In this document: positions 50,221 through 60,463 of the stretch, in pieces
Position numbering within the stretch: the stretch's first letter is position 1
How the letters are laid out: every line of letters starts with the position of its first letter
DNA from: an uncultured Fibrobacteria bacterium
Lineage (GTDB): Bacteria; Fibrobacterota; Fibrobacteria; UBA11236
NCBI GenBank assembly: GCA_963716395.1
Contig: OY970309.1
Span: forward strand, 1,792,001 to 1,856,000
Reading direction: 5' to 3'
DNA length: 64,000 nt
Notes under the pieces: generated by a model
What the model was told of the DNA's origin: nothing
Seen by the model: the letters and a program-made list of their open reading frames with translations, nothing else
Database searches by the model: none
Program-made: the position numbers and the translations under genes

Positions 50221-51021
50221 TCACCTCCCCATCAGGCGCAACAGCGCCGCGGTGCCCGCTTCGATTTCGGCGAAATTCTTCTGAAAGACCTGCCAGATCA
50301 AAGGTAGGGCGTAAAAAGTCGTCAGACAGCCCAGCATGAGTTTCAGGGGCATGCCCACCAGCCACACATTGGCCTGGGGCATGATGCGGGCGGTGACGGC
50401 CAGACCCAAGGTCGACATGAACAGGGCCGCCAGCACCGGCGCCGCGGCCTTGAGTCCGAACACGAAACTGGCGGCGGTCATCGAGAGGAACACCCGTAAC
50501 ATGCCCGCTCCCTGCCAATGCGCGCCTGCCAACGGCACGACCTGGAACGATTCGGCCAAGGCGCGGATGAAAAACAGGTAGCCGCCGGAAACCAGGAGCA
50601 ACACGGTCACCAAACCGATGAGCAGGTTGCCGATGGCCGTGGAAGGCTCCTGGCTGACGGGGTCGAAAAGCTGGAGCATGGAGAATCCCGTTTCCTGATC
50701 GATCCATTGGCCCGCGATATTGAGCCCGGCCAGGGCCAAGGTGCCGGAAAAGCCCAGGATGAGTCCGACATAAATTTCGCGCAGGGCCAGGGCCAGCAAT
50801 CCAAACACATTGTCGGGCACGGGCACCGCGGTATGCGGCAAGGTGGGAAACAACAACAAGGTCAGGAGCAGGCTCAAACCTGCCTTGATGATGTTGGGGA
50901 TCTGATCGGAGTTGAGAACGGGAAACAGAAACACCGCCGTGCCCACGCGCAGCAGCATGAGCAGCCCCAATTCGATTTGCGCCACCGAGAAGTCGGCGAG
51001 ATTGGGCAGCGGCGCGGCCAT
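50221..51021 (-). CDS. fliR: flagellar export protein FliR
   Basis: Multi-TM, AGQWIDQETGF, ARIMPQANV..VGMPLK. Confidence 0.94.
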   Translation of the reverse strand: MAAPLPNLADFSVAQIELGLLMLLRVGTAVFLFPVLNSDQIPNIIKAGLSLLLTLLLFPTLPHTAVPVPDNVFGLLALALREIYVGLILGFSGTLALAGLNIAGQWIDQETGFSMLQLFDPVSQEPSTAIGNLLIGLVTVLLLVSGGYLFFIRALAESFQVVPLAGAHWQGAGMLRVFLSMTAASFVFGLKAAAPVLAALFMSTLGLAVTARIMPQANVWLVGMPLKLMLGCLTTFYALPLIWQVFQKNFAEIEAGTAALLRLMGR

Positions 51022-51297
51022 TCAGCCTCCGTGCACCATTTGGGGAATGTGGGCCATCATGCTGGCGAAAAAGGCGCGATAGCCTTGCAGCATCCAGGGT
51101 AGAAACAGCACGATGGCCACGCCCATGGCCACCAGTTTGGGGATGAAGGTGAGGGTCATTTCATGGATTTGGGTGGCGGCCTGAAAAATCGAAATGAAAA
51201 GGCCCACCACCAGCGAGACCAGCAGCATCGGGGCCGACAACAGCATGACCGCCACCAAAGTTTCGCGTCCGATATCGATGACGGAAAGATCCGACAT
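51022..51297 (-). CDS. fliQ: flagellar export protein FliQ
   Basis: GLFISIFQAATQIHEMTLTFIPK. Confidence 0.97.
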   Translation of the reverse strand: MSDLSVIDIGRETLVAVMLLSAPMLLVSLVVGLFISIFQAATQIHEMTLTFIPKLVAMGVAIVLFLPWMLQGYRAFFASMMAHIPQMVHGG

Positions 51298-51304
51298 GCG
51301 CGCC

Positions 51305-52129
51305 TCAATGGAAACTGGTTACGAGTTGTTGAATCACCAGACTCCAGCCGTCGACCAGCACGAAGAGAATGAGTTTGAAGGGCGTGGAGATCATCATGGG
51401 CGGCAGCATCATCATGCCCATCGACATCAGCACCGAAGCCACCACCATGTCGATGACGAGAAAGGGCACGTAAATCAAAAACCCGATGATGAAAGCCGCA
51501 CGCAGTTCGCTCAGGCAAAAGGCCGGAATCAAGGTGAGATTGCCGATGTCCGCGGGGCTGCGGGGCGGCGGCGCGTGGCTGATACGCACCATCAGCGCCA
51601 GATCTTTTTCGTCAACCTGGCGCATCATGAATTCGCGCAGGGGCTCCATGCCCTTTTGAAAGGCCTCCTCGGTGGGAATCTGTTTTTTCAGATACGGCTG
51701 CAGCGCCTCGTCGTTGATGCGTTGGAAGGTCGGCGCCATCACGAAGAAGGTGAGGAACAGGGCCAACCCCATCATCAGCTGATTGGGCGGCGTGCCCTGA
51801 TTGCCCATGGCGTTGCGCAGAAATCCCAGCACCACCACGATGCGGGTGAAGCAGGTCATCATCACCAGCAGCGAAGGCGCCAGGCTCAGCACCGTGAGCA
51901 TGGCCACCAATTGCAGCGTTACCGCCACGTCTTGCGGGCTTTGGGCCTTGTCGAATTGCAGGCTCAGTTTGGGCAGGGTCTGGGCCACCGCCGAACCGGC
52001 GATCAGCAGGGGAAGCACGGCGACCCAAAGGGAAATTTTCCGGCGCGCCGTCGGCGGGCGCTCGCCGTCGCGTGACCCGCTCAAGGTGGGACGGCGGGCG
52101 GCCGATAAATCCGAACGGGGGAGTCTCAT
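51305..52129 (-). CDS. fliP: flagellar export protein FliP
   Basis: TCFTRIVVVL, PPNQ, PAFCLSEL, MGMMMLPP, FVLVDGW. Confidence 0.97.
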   Translation of the reverse strand: MRLPRSDLSAARRPTLSGSRDGERPPTARRKISLWVAVLPLLIAGSAVAQTLPKLSLQFDKAQSPQDVAVTLQLVAMLTVLSLAPSLLVMMTCFTRIVVVLGFLRNAMGNQGTPPNQLMMGLALFLTFFVMAPTFQRINDEALQPYLKKQIPTEEAFQKGMEPLREFMMRQVDEKDLALMVRISHAPPPRSPADIGNLTLIPAFCLSELRAAFIIGFLIYVPFLVIDMVVASVLMSMGMMMLPPMMISTPFKLILFVLVDGWSLVIQQLVTSFH

Positions 52130-52653
52130 GCTTCCGGGAATTCCGAAACCTTTTTCGGTTTTTTGAATTTTTCCAGCACGCGGTTGAGGTTCTCGGTGAA
52201 CAGCGCCGGGTTGCCCTTTTCGCGGCGCTCGCGCAGGAGGTCGGCCGCCGGCCGATCCAACAGGGTGAGAAGCGACACGTTTTCACGCGTGACCCCCAAG
52301 ACGCCGATCCGGCCGTCGAGCCGCACGGCCACCAGGCGCTGCCCGGGACCCAGGTGGCTGGTCTCCAGCACTTCGATCAAGTCGCCGTCGACCGCACCGC
52401 GCAGCATGCCCCGTTGCGCCTTCCGCAGCAGGCGCACGGTCACCACCACGGCGCCCAACACGAACAGCAGAGCCGCCGCGACTTCGAGCACCAGCAGGGG
52501 AAGCGGCCGGGCCGCCGCCGCGGGCTCGCCGGCCGCCGCGGCGCCGCTTTGCAAGGCCTGTTGCACGCGCAGGAATTTTTCCGCCGCCGGATCGGAGGCG
52601 CTTTGCGCCCACGCCCAGAGCGGCAGCCAGGCGATTACGGCGGGCGTCTTCAT
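52126..52653 (-). CDS. fliO: flagellar protein FliO/FliZ
   Basis: TM helix then IEVLETSHLGPGQRLVAV...LGVT. Position between fliN/Y and fliP. Confidence 0.85.
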   Translation of the reverse strand: MKTPAVIAWLPLWAWAQSASDPAAEKFLRVQQALQSGAAAAGEPAAAARPLPLLVLEVAAALLFVLGAVVVTVRLLRKAQRGMLRGAVDGDLIEVLETSHLGPGQRLVAVRLDGRIGVLGVTRENVSLLTLLDRPAADLLRERREKGNPALFTENLNRVLEKFKKPKKVSEFPEA

Positions 52654-53618
52654 CGCAGTTGCTGGATGCGCTCCGCCGGGGAGATCAGCGACAGAATGCG
52701 GATGCCGAAGTATTCATCGACCACCACCACTTCGCCGCGCGCCACCACCTTGTCGTTGACCAGCAGATCCACCGGTTCGCCCGCCAGGCGATCCAACTCG
52801 ATAATCGATCCCGGCCCTAATTCCAGAATACGACGGATGGAGAGCCGGGTGCGGCCCAATTCGATGGTGATGTTAAGGGGGACGTCGAGGAGCAGTTCGA
52901 CGTTGGGCGTCGCACCTTCGGGCATGGTCAGCGACGTATCGACCGAGGCCGCGGGCAGCATCGCCGCGCCGAAATGCGGGGCCGCCGGCATGTCGCCTTC
53001 GGTTTCGGTGGGATCGGTGAAGGCCATGACCAGGGGCTGGGAAAACAGCAGGCGGAGCTTGCCCAGGGCCGTACCCTCGACGCGTATTTCGAAATCGGCC
53101 ATGGCCCCGCCGGAGAGATCAAATGGAGGCGCCGAGGGATTGAAATTTTCGGCTTTGGCCGGGGCGCTCGACAGGGTGATCTCGAAGCGCGTCCCCAGCG
53201 CCGTCGCGAACGCGCCCATGATCTGGTTGCCCAATTCATTCATGGCGTCGAGGTGATCGGGTTGAAAGGTCGCGGGACCTGTGGCGCCGGTCATTCCCTG
53301 CGCCAGCTTGGCGGCAAACTCTTTGCGGAGCAGAACCGCCAGTTCTCCCTGGAACCCGTGTTCGAATCCCGAGAGAATCGCCAGCGATTCCGACTCGAAC
53401 CCCTCCATGGCCGCGGCGGCGTCACCGGGCTGCGGCGCGCCGGTTTCGATTTCCACCGACTTGCCCAGTAGCGCTCCCAACACGTGGTTCGCCTGATCGG
53501 CAAAGGTCTCGAAGGAGGCGCGCAACGCTTCGGGGTTGAATCCCGACGCGTCTTTGCTGCCCAGCGAGGCGGTCAGCGCGTCGATTTCCGCTTGGCTCAA
53601 AAGCCCGCCTTCACCCAT
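52650..53618 (-). CDS. fliY: flagellar switch protein FliY/FliN (CheC-like + SpoA domains)
   Basis: LLSQAEIDAL, NELGNQ, C-terminal LLDVPLNITIELG...ARGEVVVV..FGIRI. Confidence 0.88.
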   Translation of the reverse strand: MGEGGLLSQAEIDALTASLGSKDASGFNPEALRASFETFADQANHVLGALLGKSVEIETGAPQPGDAAAAMEGFESESLAILSGFEHGFQGELAVLLRKEFAAKLAQGMTGATGPATFQPDHLDAMNELGNQIMGAFATALGTRFEITLSSAPAKAENFNPSAPPFDLSGGAMADFEIRVEGTALGKLRLLFSQPLVMAFTDPTETEGDMPAAPHFGAAMLPAASVDTSLTMPEGATPNVELLLDVPLNITIELGRTRLSIRRILELGPGSIIELDRLAGEPVDLLVNDKVVARGEVVVVDEYFGIRILSLISPAERIQQLR

Positions 53619-54639
53619 CTTCCCCCACCTCCCGATCGATGATGGCCGTGATTTGGATCGATTTGTTGCGCCCCACCAATCCCACCCGGCCGAGGAATTT
53701 GGAACGGTCGCCCACCCGTACGATCAAATCGGAACCGGCGGGCTTATCGAGCACCACTACGTCACCGGTGTGCAGTTGCAACATATCGCGCACGCTGAGC
53801 TGGGTTTCGCCCACCACCACGTTGGCGTTCAAGTCGGTGGCGCCCAATTCATTTTCGAGGAGGCGGCGCGTTTCCTGGGTGGTGGTGCGCTGGCCGCTGA
53901 TCCACGATTCGCCGCTCAGCTTGTCGATCACCGATTCCAACAGCATGTAGGGAAAACACAGGCTGATCAGGCCCGACCCGTGTTTCATGCGCACTTCGAG
54001 CGAAATGAGAATTACGGTTTCGTTGGGCGGCGCGATTTGGACGAACTGCGCGTTGGTCTCATAGCTTTCGATCTTGGGCGTGAAAATGCCCACGTGTTCC
54101 CACACCTCTTTCAAGTTCTGTAAGGCCCGGTCGGCGATTTTGGTGAGCACGCTTTTTTCGATGTCGGTCAATTCGCGCGTGTGGTCGGTGGATTTTCCCT
54201 GGCCTCCGAAGAGACGGTCGACGATGAGGAACACTAGGTTGGGGTTGATTTCGGCGATGGCCGCGCCTTCCAGCGGCTCCATCTGGAACACGTAGATGCA
54301 AGTGGGGTTCGACACCGACATCATGAACTCGGAATAGGTAAGCTGATCCACCGACACGATTTCGATTTCCACCAAAGTCCGCAGGTATGACGAAAGCGTG
54401 GTGGAAAGCAGTCGTGCATAGCCGTCGTGCAGATTCTGCAAAGCCCGCATCTGATCTTTCGAAACGCGGTCGGGCCGGCGGAAATCATACAGCGAGATCT
54501 GTTTTTCGCCGCGCTCGGGCCCCGCTTCGGATTTGGATGATTCGGCGGGCGGCGTGGCCAGGTCTTCGGGGGGCACGCTGCCGCTTGACACCGCGCTCAG
54601 CAGGGCGTCGACTTCGGCTTGCGAGAGGACTTCGCCCAT
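53611..54639 (-). CDS. fliM: flagellar switch protein FliM
   Basis: VLSQAEVDALL, YDFRRPDRVSK, DRLFGG. Confidence 0.97.
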   Translation of the reverse strand: MGEVLSQAEVDALLSAVSSGSVPPEDLATPPAESSKSEAGPERGEKQISLYDFRRPDRVSKDQMRALQNLHDGYARLLSTTLSSYLRTLVEIEIVSVDQLTYSEFMMSVSNPTCIYVFQMEPLEGAAIAEINPNLVFLIVDRLFGGQGKSTDHTRELTDIEKSVLTKIADRALQNLKEVWEHVGIFTPKIESYETNAQFVQIAPPNETVILISLEVRMKHGSGLISLCFPYMLLESVIDKLSGESWISGQRTTTQETRRLLENELGATDLNANVVVGETQLSVRDMLQLHTGDVVVLDKPAGSDLIVRVGDRSKFLGRVGLVGRNKSIQITAIIDREVGEDG

Positions 54640-54641
54640 GG

Positions 54642-55256
54642 CTATTGCACCAGGAAGTCGGTGAAGAAGGCGTTGCGCAAATGGCCGTGATCGTCGGGGA
54701 GAATGGCATTCACCTCGCTGACGATCGACTCTTTCATCTTCTGTTTGCCCGCAGGCCGCAGCAGCTCTTCATACGGCTCGCTGGAAAGAATGTTGATGAT
54801 GATGTCGGAAATTTTCGGCATGCGTTCTTCAATCTCTTTGCCCACGGGATCGGTCAGGCCGCCTCCTCCGCCTTCGCCGCCCTTTTCACCTTTGCCGGCT
54901 ACCGGCGGGGCGTCGGTTTCCCACTCCAACTGGATCGAGCATTTCAAATAATGATCGCCGTTGGGTCCGATGTTCACCGTGAAGGTGAGGGGCTTGGGGA
55001 GGGTCATCCCGATGCGCGTGCGCTCTTCGCGGGCTTTGCGCTCCGCCTCTTCCTGGGTTTTCTGCGCCTCGGCCGCGGGATTGGGGGCGCGCAGACGCGC
55101 GGCGATGAAGAATGCCACGGCGCCCATGATGAGAATGTCGGCCACCAGAATGCCCGCAATGATCGCGGTTTTCTTCTTGGAACCGCCCGCGGTTTTGGCA
55201 CCCGTCTCCTCGGCGCCTTTCACCGGCGCTTCGGACTTTTCTTTTCCCTCAGCCAT
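54642..55256 (-). CDS. fliL: flagellar basal body protein FliL
   Basis: N-terminal TM, FTVNI, ISDIII.IL, FFTDFLVQ. Confidence 0.92.
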   Translation of the reverse strand: MAEGKEKSEAPVKGAEETGAKTAGGSKKKTAIIAGILVADILIMGAVAFFIAARLRAPNPAAEAQKTQEEAERKAREERTRIGMTLPKPLTFTVNIGPNGDHYLKCSIQLEWETDAPPVAGKGEKGGEGGGGGLTDPVGKEIEERMPKISDIIINILSSEPYEELLRPAGKQKMKESIVSEVNAILPDDHGHLRNAFFTDFLVQ

Positions 55257-55275
55257 GCCTTCCTCCGGGCTGCGC

Positions 55276-55479
55276 TCAGGCGCCCTCTGTCGCGACGGTC
55301 GGGGTGATGCGGCGTTTGTAAGCGACCGTCTTTTCCACCACCTCGGCCGGGGTTTCGCGCACTACGAACCGCCGCCCGCTTTGCAGCACCAACGACGTAT
55401 CGGGCTGGGCCTCGACGCATTCGATGTGCTCGGCGTTGACCACGAAGCGCTCGCCGTTCAGCTTGGTGAGTTCGATCAT
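55276..55479 (-). CDS. flbD: flagellar FlbD/SwrD family protein
   Basis: MIELTKLNGERFVVNAEHIECVEAQPDT...VRET. Confidence 0.92.
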   Translation of the reverse strand: MIELTKLNGERFVVNAEHIECVEAQPDTSLVLQSGRRFVVRETPAEVVEKTVAYKRRITPTVATEGA

Positions 55480-55612
55480 GGCTTCGCGTTCCTTCCGCCT
55501 GCGACGGGTGCCCGGGAACCTCGCGTTCCCATTGTATTCCTTTCGCTTCCCGCGTTGCAATCGGTGCGGCGGTCCGCCGGAGGCCCAGGCCGGCACCGCC
55601 GTCATCCCGCGC

Positions 55613-57766
55613 TTACTGTTTGAGCGACACCAGTTCCTGCAACAGCTGATCGCTGGTGGTGATCACGCGGGCGTTGGCTTGAAAACCGCGCTGTGTGGTG
55701 ATCATGTCGGTGAATTGCTGGGCCAGATCGACGTTCGACAATTCCAGGGCCCCGGGCGCGATCACGCTGCTGCTTTGCGAATCCGGAGCGCCCAAGATCG
55801 GGTCGCCGCTGTCGGCGCTGGTGGTGTAGAGCGAGTCCTTAGTGGCCTGCAAACCGCCGGGGTTGTTGAAGTCGGCCACCAGCACCTGGGCCAGGGGCTT
55901 GGTGGTACCATTGGTGAATGCACCGGTGATCACGCCGTTGGGGCCCACCGAAATCGAGCTTAACTGCCCCGTGCTGTAGCCGTTTTGGCTCACGGCCGCG
56001 GCCGTCGTGGCCGAGGCAAACTGGGTGAGGCCGGTGAAATCGCCGGGTCCGCCTACGTTGAGGTTCAGGCTGATGTTGGCGGATCCGTTTTCGGGATTGA
56101 TGACGGTGCTCGACGATCCGTCGTCGAAGCTGAACGAAGCCACCGAACCATCCGGCCCGAAAGTCAGTTTGCCCTGTCCGCCCTGCACGACCTGCTCCTG
56201 CCCGCCCATCTTCATTTTCCACAGCCATTGATTGGGCGTATCGGTGGGGGTGAGTTCCATGGTCGCGGTATGCTGGCCGCCGTTGGCGTCGTACACGGTA
56301 ATGGCGGCGTCGGCCACCTGGGTGTCGGTCGCGGCCTGGATTTGGGTCGTGTTGGTGTTGGTATTGAAATTGTCGGGCGCGGGCGCCTGACCATTGCTAT
56401 TGGTGGCCTGAATCTGCAGATTGCTCAGGGCAAAGGCGGTTTCGGGCATGCCGCGAATCACGATGGATCCGTCGGGAATATTGTCGTCGGTGCCGCTCCC
56501 GTCGATGGAGACCGAAGGGTTGTTCTGCAAAGTGCCGTCGGTGCTCGGCAGCTTGAAGTTGTTGCGAATGTTCGTCAGCAAGTCGAACATGGTGGTGCCG
56601 CCGGCGCCCGAGGCATAGGTGAGGCCGGGCACATTGTTGGCGGCGACACCGCCGACCGAACCGGTTACACTGATCACATCGCCGTTTTCCAGCCCCAGGG
56701 AATTGCCGTTTTGATCGAAGAGCTGGCTCAGGGGATCCGAAGTGGCGACCGAGGTGCCGGCCCGGGCGGGGCCGCGCAACGTGTCGGTGACCACGCTCAA
56801 GGCCGTGGTGCCGGCGGGAATGGTGGTGGGCACGGCCAGGGCTTGCGTCACTTCGGGTGCGGGGCTGCTATCGGTGACTTGCAGGTTTTGGATGTCCGCA
56901 GTGTTGCCAAAGATGGTGACGCCGCCGCGTAACGTGGCGGAGGTGGCGGCGTCGATGGTCTGCACCGTGGTGCCGTTGCCCGCGCCGTTGGCCCGTAAAA
57001 AGGCTTGCATGGCGCCGGTCAAATCGCCCAGGGTGCTGTTCGCGGTGACGGAGAAATTTTGCGTCACCGTATTGCCCGCGGCATTGGTCATCGAAAACGT
57101 CAGCACGTCGTTGGGCTGAATGCCGAGGGAGGTCCCGGTGCTGCTGGTGAGGCCTTGCAGGTTGTCGTCGGTGCGCGCGCTGTTGAGAAAGCGCTGCGTC
57201 GTCAGCACGCTGCCTTGCGCGATGGAATTGGGGTCGAGGTTGCGGGCGTAATTGACCTGGGTGGTCGCTTGCGCCGGCGACTGGACGTTGAAGGGAATTT
57301 GGATGTTCTCGGGCTGCGAGGCTGTCGAGATATTCCCCTGCGCATCGGCCAAGCGACCTTGCACCACCATGCCGGTCGACGGCATGACGAGATTGCCATT
57401 GGCGTCGAGTTGGAAATTGCCGTTACGGGTGTAATACGTTCCCTTTCCGTCCGACACGGCGAAATAGGCTTGTCCTTCGATGGCGAGATCGGTGACCTGG
57501 CCGGTCGATTGCAGGTTGCCCTGTGTCAGCATGGTGTCGATGGAGCCCACGCTCATACCCAGCCCCACCTGCATGGGATCGGTTCCGCCCGATCCGTCCG
57601 CAGGCCGGGTGGCGCCTTGCAGCAATTGCGAGAGGGAATTCTCGAAGGTGACGCGTTGCGATTTGTAGCCGGTGGTGTTGACGTTGGCGATGTTGTTGCC
57701 GATGACATCCATTTCGGTCTGGTTGTTTTCCAGACCCGAGACGGCGGCGTAGAGTGAACGGAGCAT
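55613..57766 (-). CDS. flgE: flagellar hook protein FlgE (717 aa)
   Basis: MLRSLYAAVSGL...GNNIANVNTTGYK, YTRNGNF, LELSNVDLA..FTDMI..QRGFQAN. Confidence 0.96.
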   Translation of the reverse strand: MLRSLYAAVSGLENNQTEMDVIGNNIANVNTTGYKSQRVTFENSLSQLLQGATRPADGSGGTDPMQVGLGMSVGSIDTMLTQGNLQSTGQVTDLAIEGQAYFAVSDGKGTYYTRNGNFQLDANGNLVMPSTGMVVQGRLADAQGNISTASQPENIQIPFNVQSPAQATTQVNYARNLDPNSIAQGSVLTTQRFLNSARTDDNLQGLTSSTGTSLGIQPNDVLTFSMTNAAGNTVTQNFSVTANSTLGDLTGAMQAFLRANGAGNGTTVQTIDAATSATLRGGVTIFGNTADIQNLQVTDSSPAPEVTQALAVPTTIPAGTTALSVVTDTLRGPARAGTSVATSDPLSQLFDQNGNSLGLENGDVISVTGSVGGVAANNVPGLTYASGAGGTTMFDLLTNIRNNFKLPSTDGTLQNNPSVSIDGSGTDDNIPDGSIVIRGMPETAFALSNLQIQATNSNGQAPAPDNFNTNTNTTQIQAATDTQVADAAITVYDANGGQHTATMELTPTDTPNQWLWKMKMGGQEQVVQGGQGKLTFGPDGSVASFSFDDGSSSTVINPENGSANISLNLNVGGPGDFTGLTQFASATTAAAVSQNGYSTGQLSSISVGPNGVITGAFTNGTTKPLAQVLVADFNNPGGLQATKDSLYTTSADSGDPILGAPDSQSSSVIAPGALELSNVDLAQQFTDMITTQRGFQANARVITTSDQLLQELVSLKQ

Positions 57767-57780
57767 GGAACGACCTCCTC

Positions 57781-58587
57781 CTAGGGATTGGTGGTAGCGT
57801 TGGTGATTTCGGTGACTTGATCCATGGGAACCTGCTGTCCCCCGACTTCGAGTTGCAGTCCGCTGGTCGCGAAATTCAATCCGGTGACCGGGCCCTGGGT
57901 ATAGGCGTAGCCCGTATCGGTGGTGCCGTCGGCCGAGGTCACCATGATTTGATACGTGCCGGCCGGCGCCACCGAACCGTTCTGGGTCTGACCGATCCAA
58001 TTGATGGTGCCTTGTCCGCTGGTCGGCAGCGCGAAGGCGTCCATCACGTTCTGGTTGGCATCGACGATGGAAACCACCGATTGCGTGCCCGGCGTGGCGG
58101 ACGCCTGAAAGGTGATGGGGGTGTTTTGGCTGGGATCCCAGTTGATGGAGTCGAGCTTGACGCTCACCTGCTTGCCGATGAGGTTGGTGGCCGACGCCTG
58201 CGAAATCGCCTGGGAAGTTTGCTGGTTATCCGTGACCAGAGTATTGAGTTGCGTGCCCAAATTGTCGACCGAGGTTTCCAGGTTTTGCGTGCCTTCCAGC
58301 GCCGAAAACTGGGCCAATTGCGAAATGAATTGGGTGTCATCGGAGGGTTGCAGGGGATCCTGGTATTTCAACTGCGTCACGAGCAGGTTGAGAAAATCCT
58401 GTTTGCCCAGGGTTTGCGTCGCGTTGCTGAAAACGCTTTGATCGCCGGCCTGCGTCACGGTCGACCCGGAAACCTGACCATTGGTGATGGTGCCCGAAAC
58501 CGTGCGGTCGGCCGGGGTGGCGGGGTTCGTAATCGACGATACGTCGAGCGGCGTCGGCGTCGAAGTGGTGGTGACGGCAGTAGTCAT
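57781..58587 (-). CDS. flgD: hook capping protein FlgD
   Basis: LGKQDFLNLLVTQLKYQDPLQP...QLAQFSALE. Confidence 0.95.
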   Translation of the reverse strand: MTTAVTTTSTPTPLDVSSITNPATPADRTVSGTITNGQVSGSTVTQAGDQSVFSNATQTLGKQDFLNLLVTQLKYQDPLQPSDDTQFISQLAQFSALEGTQNLETSVDNLGTQLNTLVTDNQQTSQAISQASATNLIGKQVSVKLDSINWDPSQNTPITFQASATPGTQSVVSIVDANQNVMDAFALPTSGQGTINWIGQTQNGSVAPAGTYQIMVTSADGTTDTGYAYTQGPVTGLNFATSGLQLEVGGQQVPMDQVTEITNATTNP

Positions 58588-58618
58588 AGTCGGCTCCCGA
58601 GTTCGCATCCGGCGGTGT

Positions 58619-60457
58619 TCATCCGAAGTATTCCACGGTGTTGGTTCCCCAGCGCCGGCCCGTTTCCAGGCCCGCCGTGGTTTCGGGTGCGGAATCGCCC
58701 GCGTTGCCGGCAGCGCTTCCGCTCGATCCCGAACGCTGGTTGAAGAATGACGCGGAGTTTTGTCCGTCAGGGTTGAGCAAAGACGGCTGGCGGTCTTGCA
58801 CCGAGACTTCAATGGCGTCCATATGTACGCCCTGCTGCTCCAACGATTGCCGCAGCGATTGCATTTGGGTGTGCAACAGTTCGCGCACATGTTCGTTTTC
58901 GACCCCCACATGCGCCGAGACAACGCCATGGTGCATTTCCAGCGAGACCTGTACGCGCCCGAGATTGGCGGGCTCGACTTGCACCGTCAACTCGTCGCGG
59001 CCCGAAGTCATGCTGGTGGCGCGCTGCAGCATTTGCTGCAACAGCGCGCTGGGAAGCTGGGGCAAGGTGACCGAGGTCGGCACGGGCGCCTCCGGCGTCA
59101 CAGAGAAGGGCATGTTGGCGGAGGAAAACGGGTTCGAGGCGGGATCGGATCCCGCGGCCATGGCCCATTGGGTTGGGTCGCCCGCGCCTGGATCCGCCGT
59201 GTCCTGGCCGTCGGGAGAGGAATTGCCGGTCGCGGGATCGGCGGCTTCTGCCGTGGCCACCGGGGCGTCTTGCATCCAGTCCGCCGTCAAGGATTTGGAG
59301 TCGGTCTCCGGGGTGGATTCGGGCGCGGCCAAGGGATTGCTGGGCGCGGCCGCATCGGCAGGCAGTGATTTATTCACCGCTTCCAGGGCGTTGACAAAGG
59401 GGTTGGTCGTTTTGCCGGCGTCGGTAGGCGACGTATTCGCCGGTGCCGAGATTGCGTTCGGTGCGGCGGGGGCCAACAAATCGCGTGACGTATTCATGGC
59501 CTGCGGCGCGGGCGCAGTGGATTTTCCGTTCCACCCATTCGCGGAGGGCGCTGGTTGCGTTGCCGGCGATGCCGCCGCTGCCGCCGCCTTGTCCGGCGCG
59601 ATGGGAAGTTTGGAAAGCGTCGCCGGATTCACATTGGCCGGCACGGTCGCCACCACCAGCGATTGCGTCGCGGCAGCCGCCGGGGCGGCCGGGGTGTTTG
59701 CCGACCCGGCGGTCTTGGATGCCGCCGCTGCCTCTTGCAGCAAGGTCATTTGCAGCTTCTGGATTTCCTGGGGCGTCAATGACGGCTGAGTCATCGTGGC
59801 GATGTTGGCCGTCGGCGGCGCCGAAGTTCCGGGCGACGTGAACGACGAGTGTGCGTTTTCCGAATCTTCGGCCCATTCCGGGATCGGGTCGGGCGCATTC
59901 GCACCGGCCAATGCCGCTTGCCATTGCGCGCCGTTTTCCAAAGAGATGGCCGGACTTCCCGGCGACGCCGAATGTTTCGAATCGGAGTTCGCCACCGGGT
60001 TGGATTTCTTGGCATTCTCCGCTTCTCGGGACGGATTCTTCACCGCCGCGTTGAATTTGGACTGCGGTCCGCGGGCTTGCGTCGAGACGGAAGGGTCCGT
60101 CGCCGGCTGCGTCTGGGTTTGGGTTTTTGATTGGGACTGTGTCTGTGCCGTCGGTTGCGCCGTGCTCGGTGTCGGCTGCGAGGCGTCCGCCTGGGCGGAA
60201 GGATTGGAGCTTGTCGCCGCGGGATCGGTGGTCGGCGCCGGGTTGTCTCGATCGTCCGAAGATGTGGCCGGTTTGGGTGTCGAGGAATCGGATGCTTGTT
60301 GGCGGGAACGCGCCTGATCCAACGAGCGATGAAATTCGGCGGTTTTTAAGGTGGTTTCGCGGTTGGCGACGATTTCGTTTTCCACCGCGGCAAAAAAGTG
60401 ATCGGCCGCGGCAGCGGCGGAGTCGGGGAGCGCAGGCGGGCGTATGGCGGTCGTCAT
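58619..60457 (-). CDS. fliK: hook-length control protein FliK
   Basis: Low-complexity P/A/S/T body. C-terminal VEPANLGRV...LRQSLEQQG. Upstream of flgD. Confidence 0.9.
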   Translation of the reverse strand: MTTAIRPPALPDSAAAAADHFFAAVENEIVANRETTLKTAEFHRSLDQARSRQQASDSSTPKPATSSDDRDNPAPTTDPAATSSNPSAQADASQPTPSTAQPTAQTQSQSKTQTQTQPATDPSVSTQARGPQSKFNAAVKNPSREAENAKKSNPVANSDSKHSASPGSPAISLENGAQWQAALAGANAPDPIPEWAEDSENAHSSFTSPGTSAPPTANIATMTQPSLTPQEIQKLQMTLLQEAAAASKTAGSANTPAAPAAAATQSLVVATVPANVNPATLSKLPIAPDKAAAAAASPATQPAPSANGWNGKSTAPAPQAMNTSRDLLAPAAPNAISAPANTSPTDAGKTTNPFVNALEAVNKSLPADAAAPSNPLAAPESTPETDSKSLTADWMQDAPVATAEAADPATGNSSPDGQDTADPGAGDPTQWAMAAGSDPASNPFSSANMPFSVTPEAPVPTSVTLPQLPSALLQQMLQRATSMTSGRDELTVQVEPANLGRVQVSLEMHHGVVSAHVGVENEHVRELLHTQMQSLRQSLEQQGVHMDAIEVSVQDRQPSLLNPDGQNSASFFNQRSGSSGSAAGNAGDSAPETTAGLETGRRWGTNTVEYFG

Positions 60458-60463
60458 CTGGCT

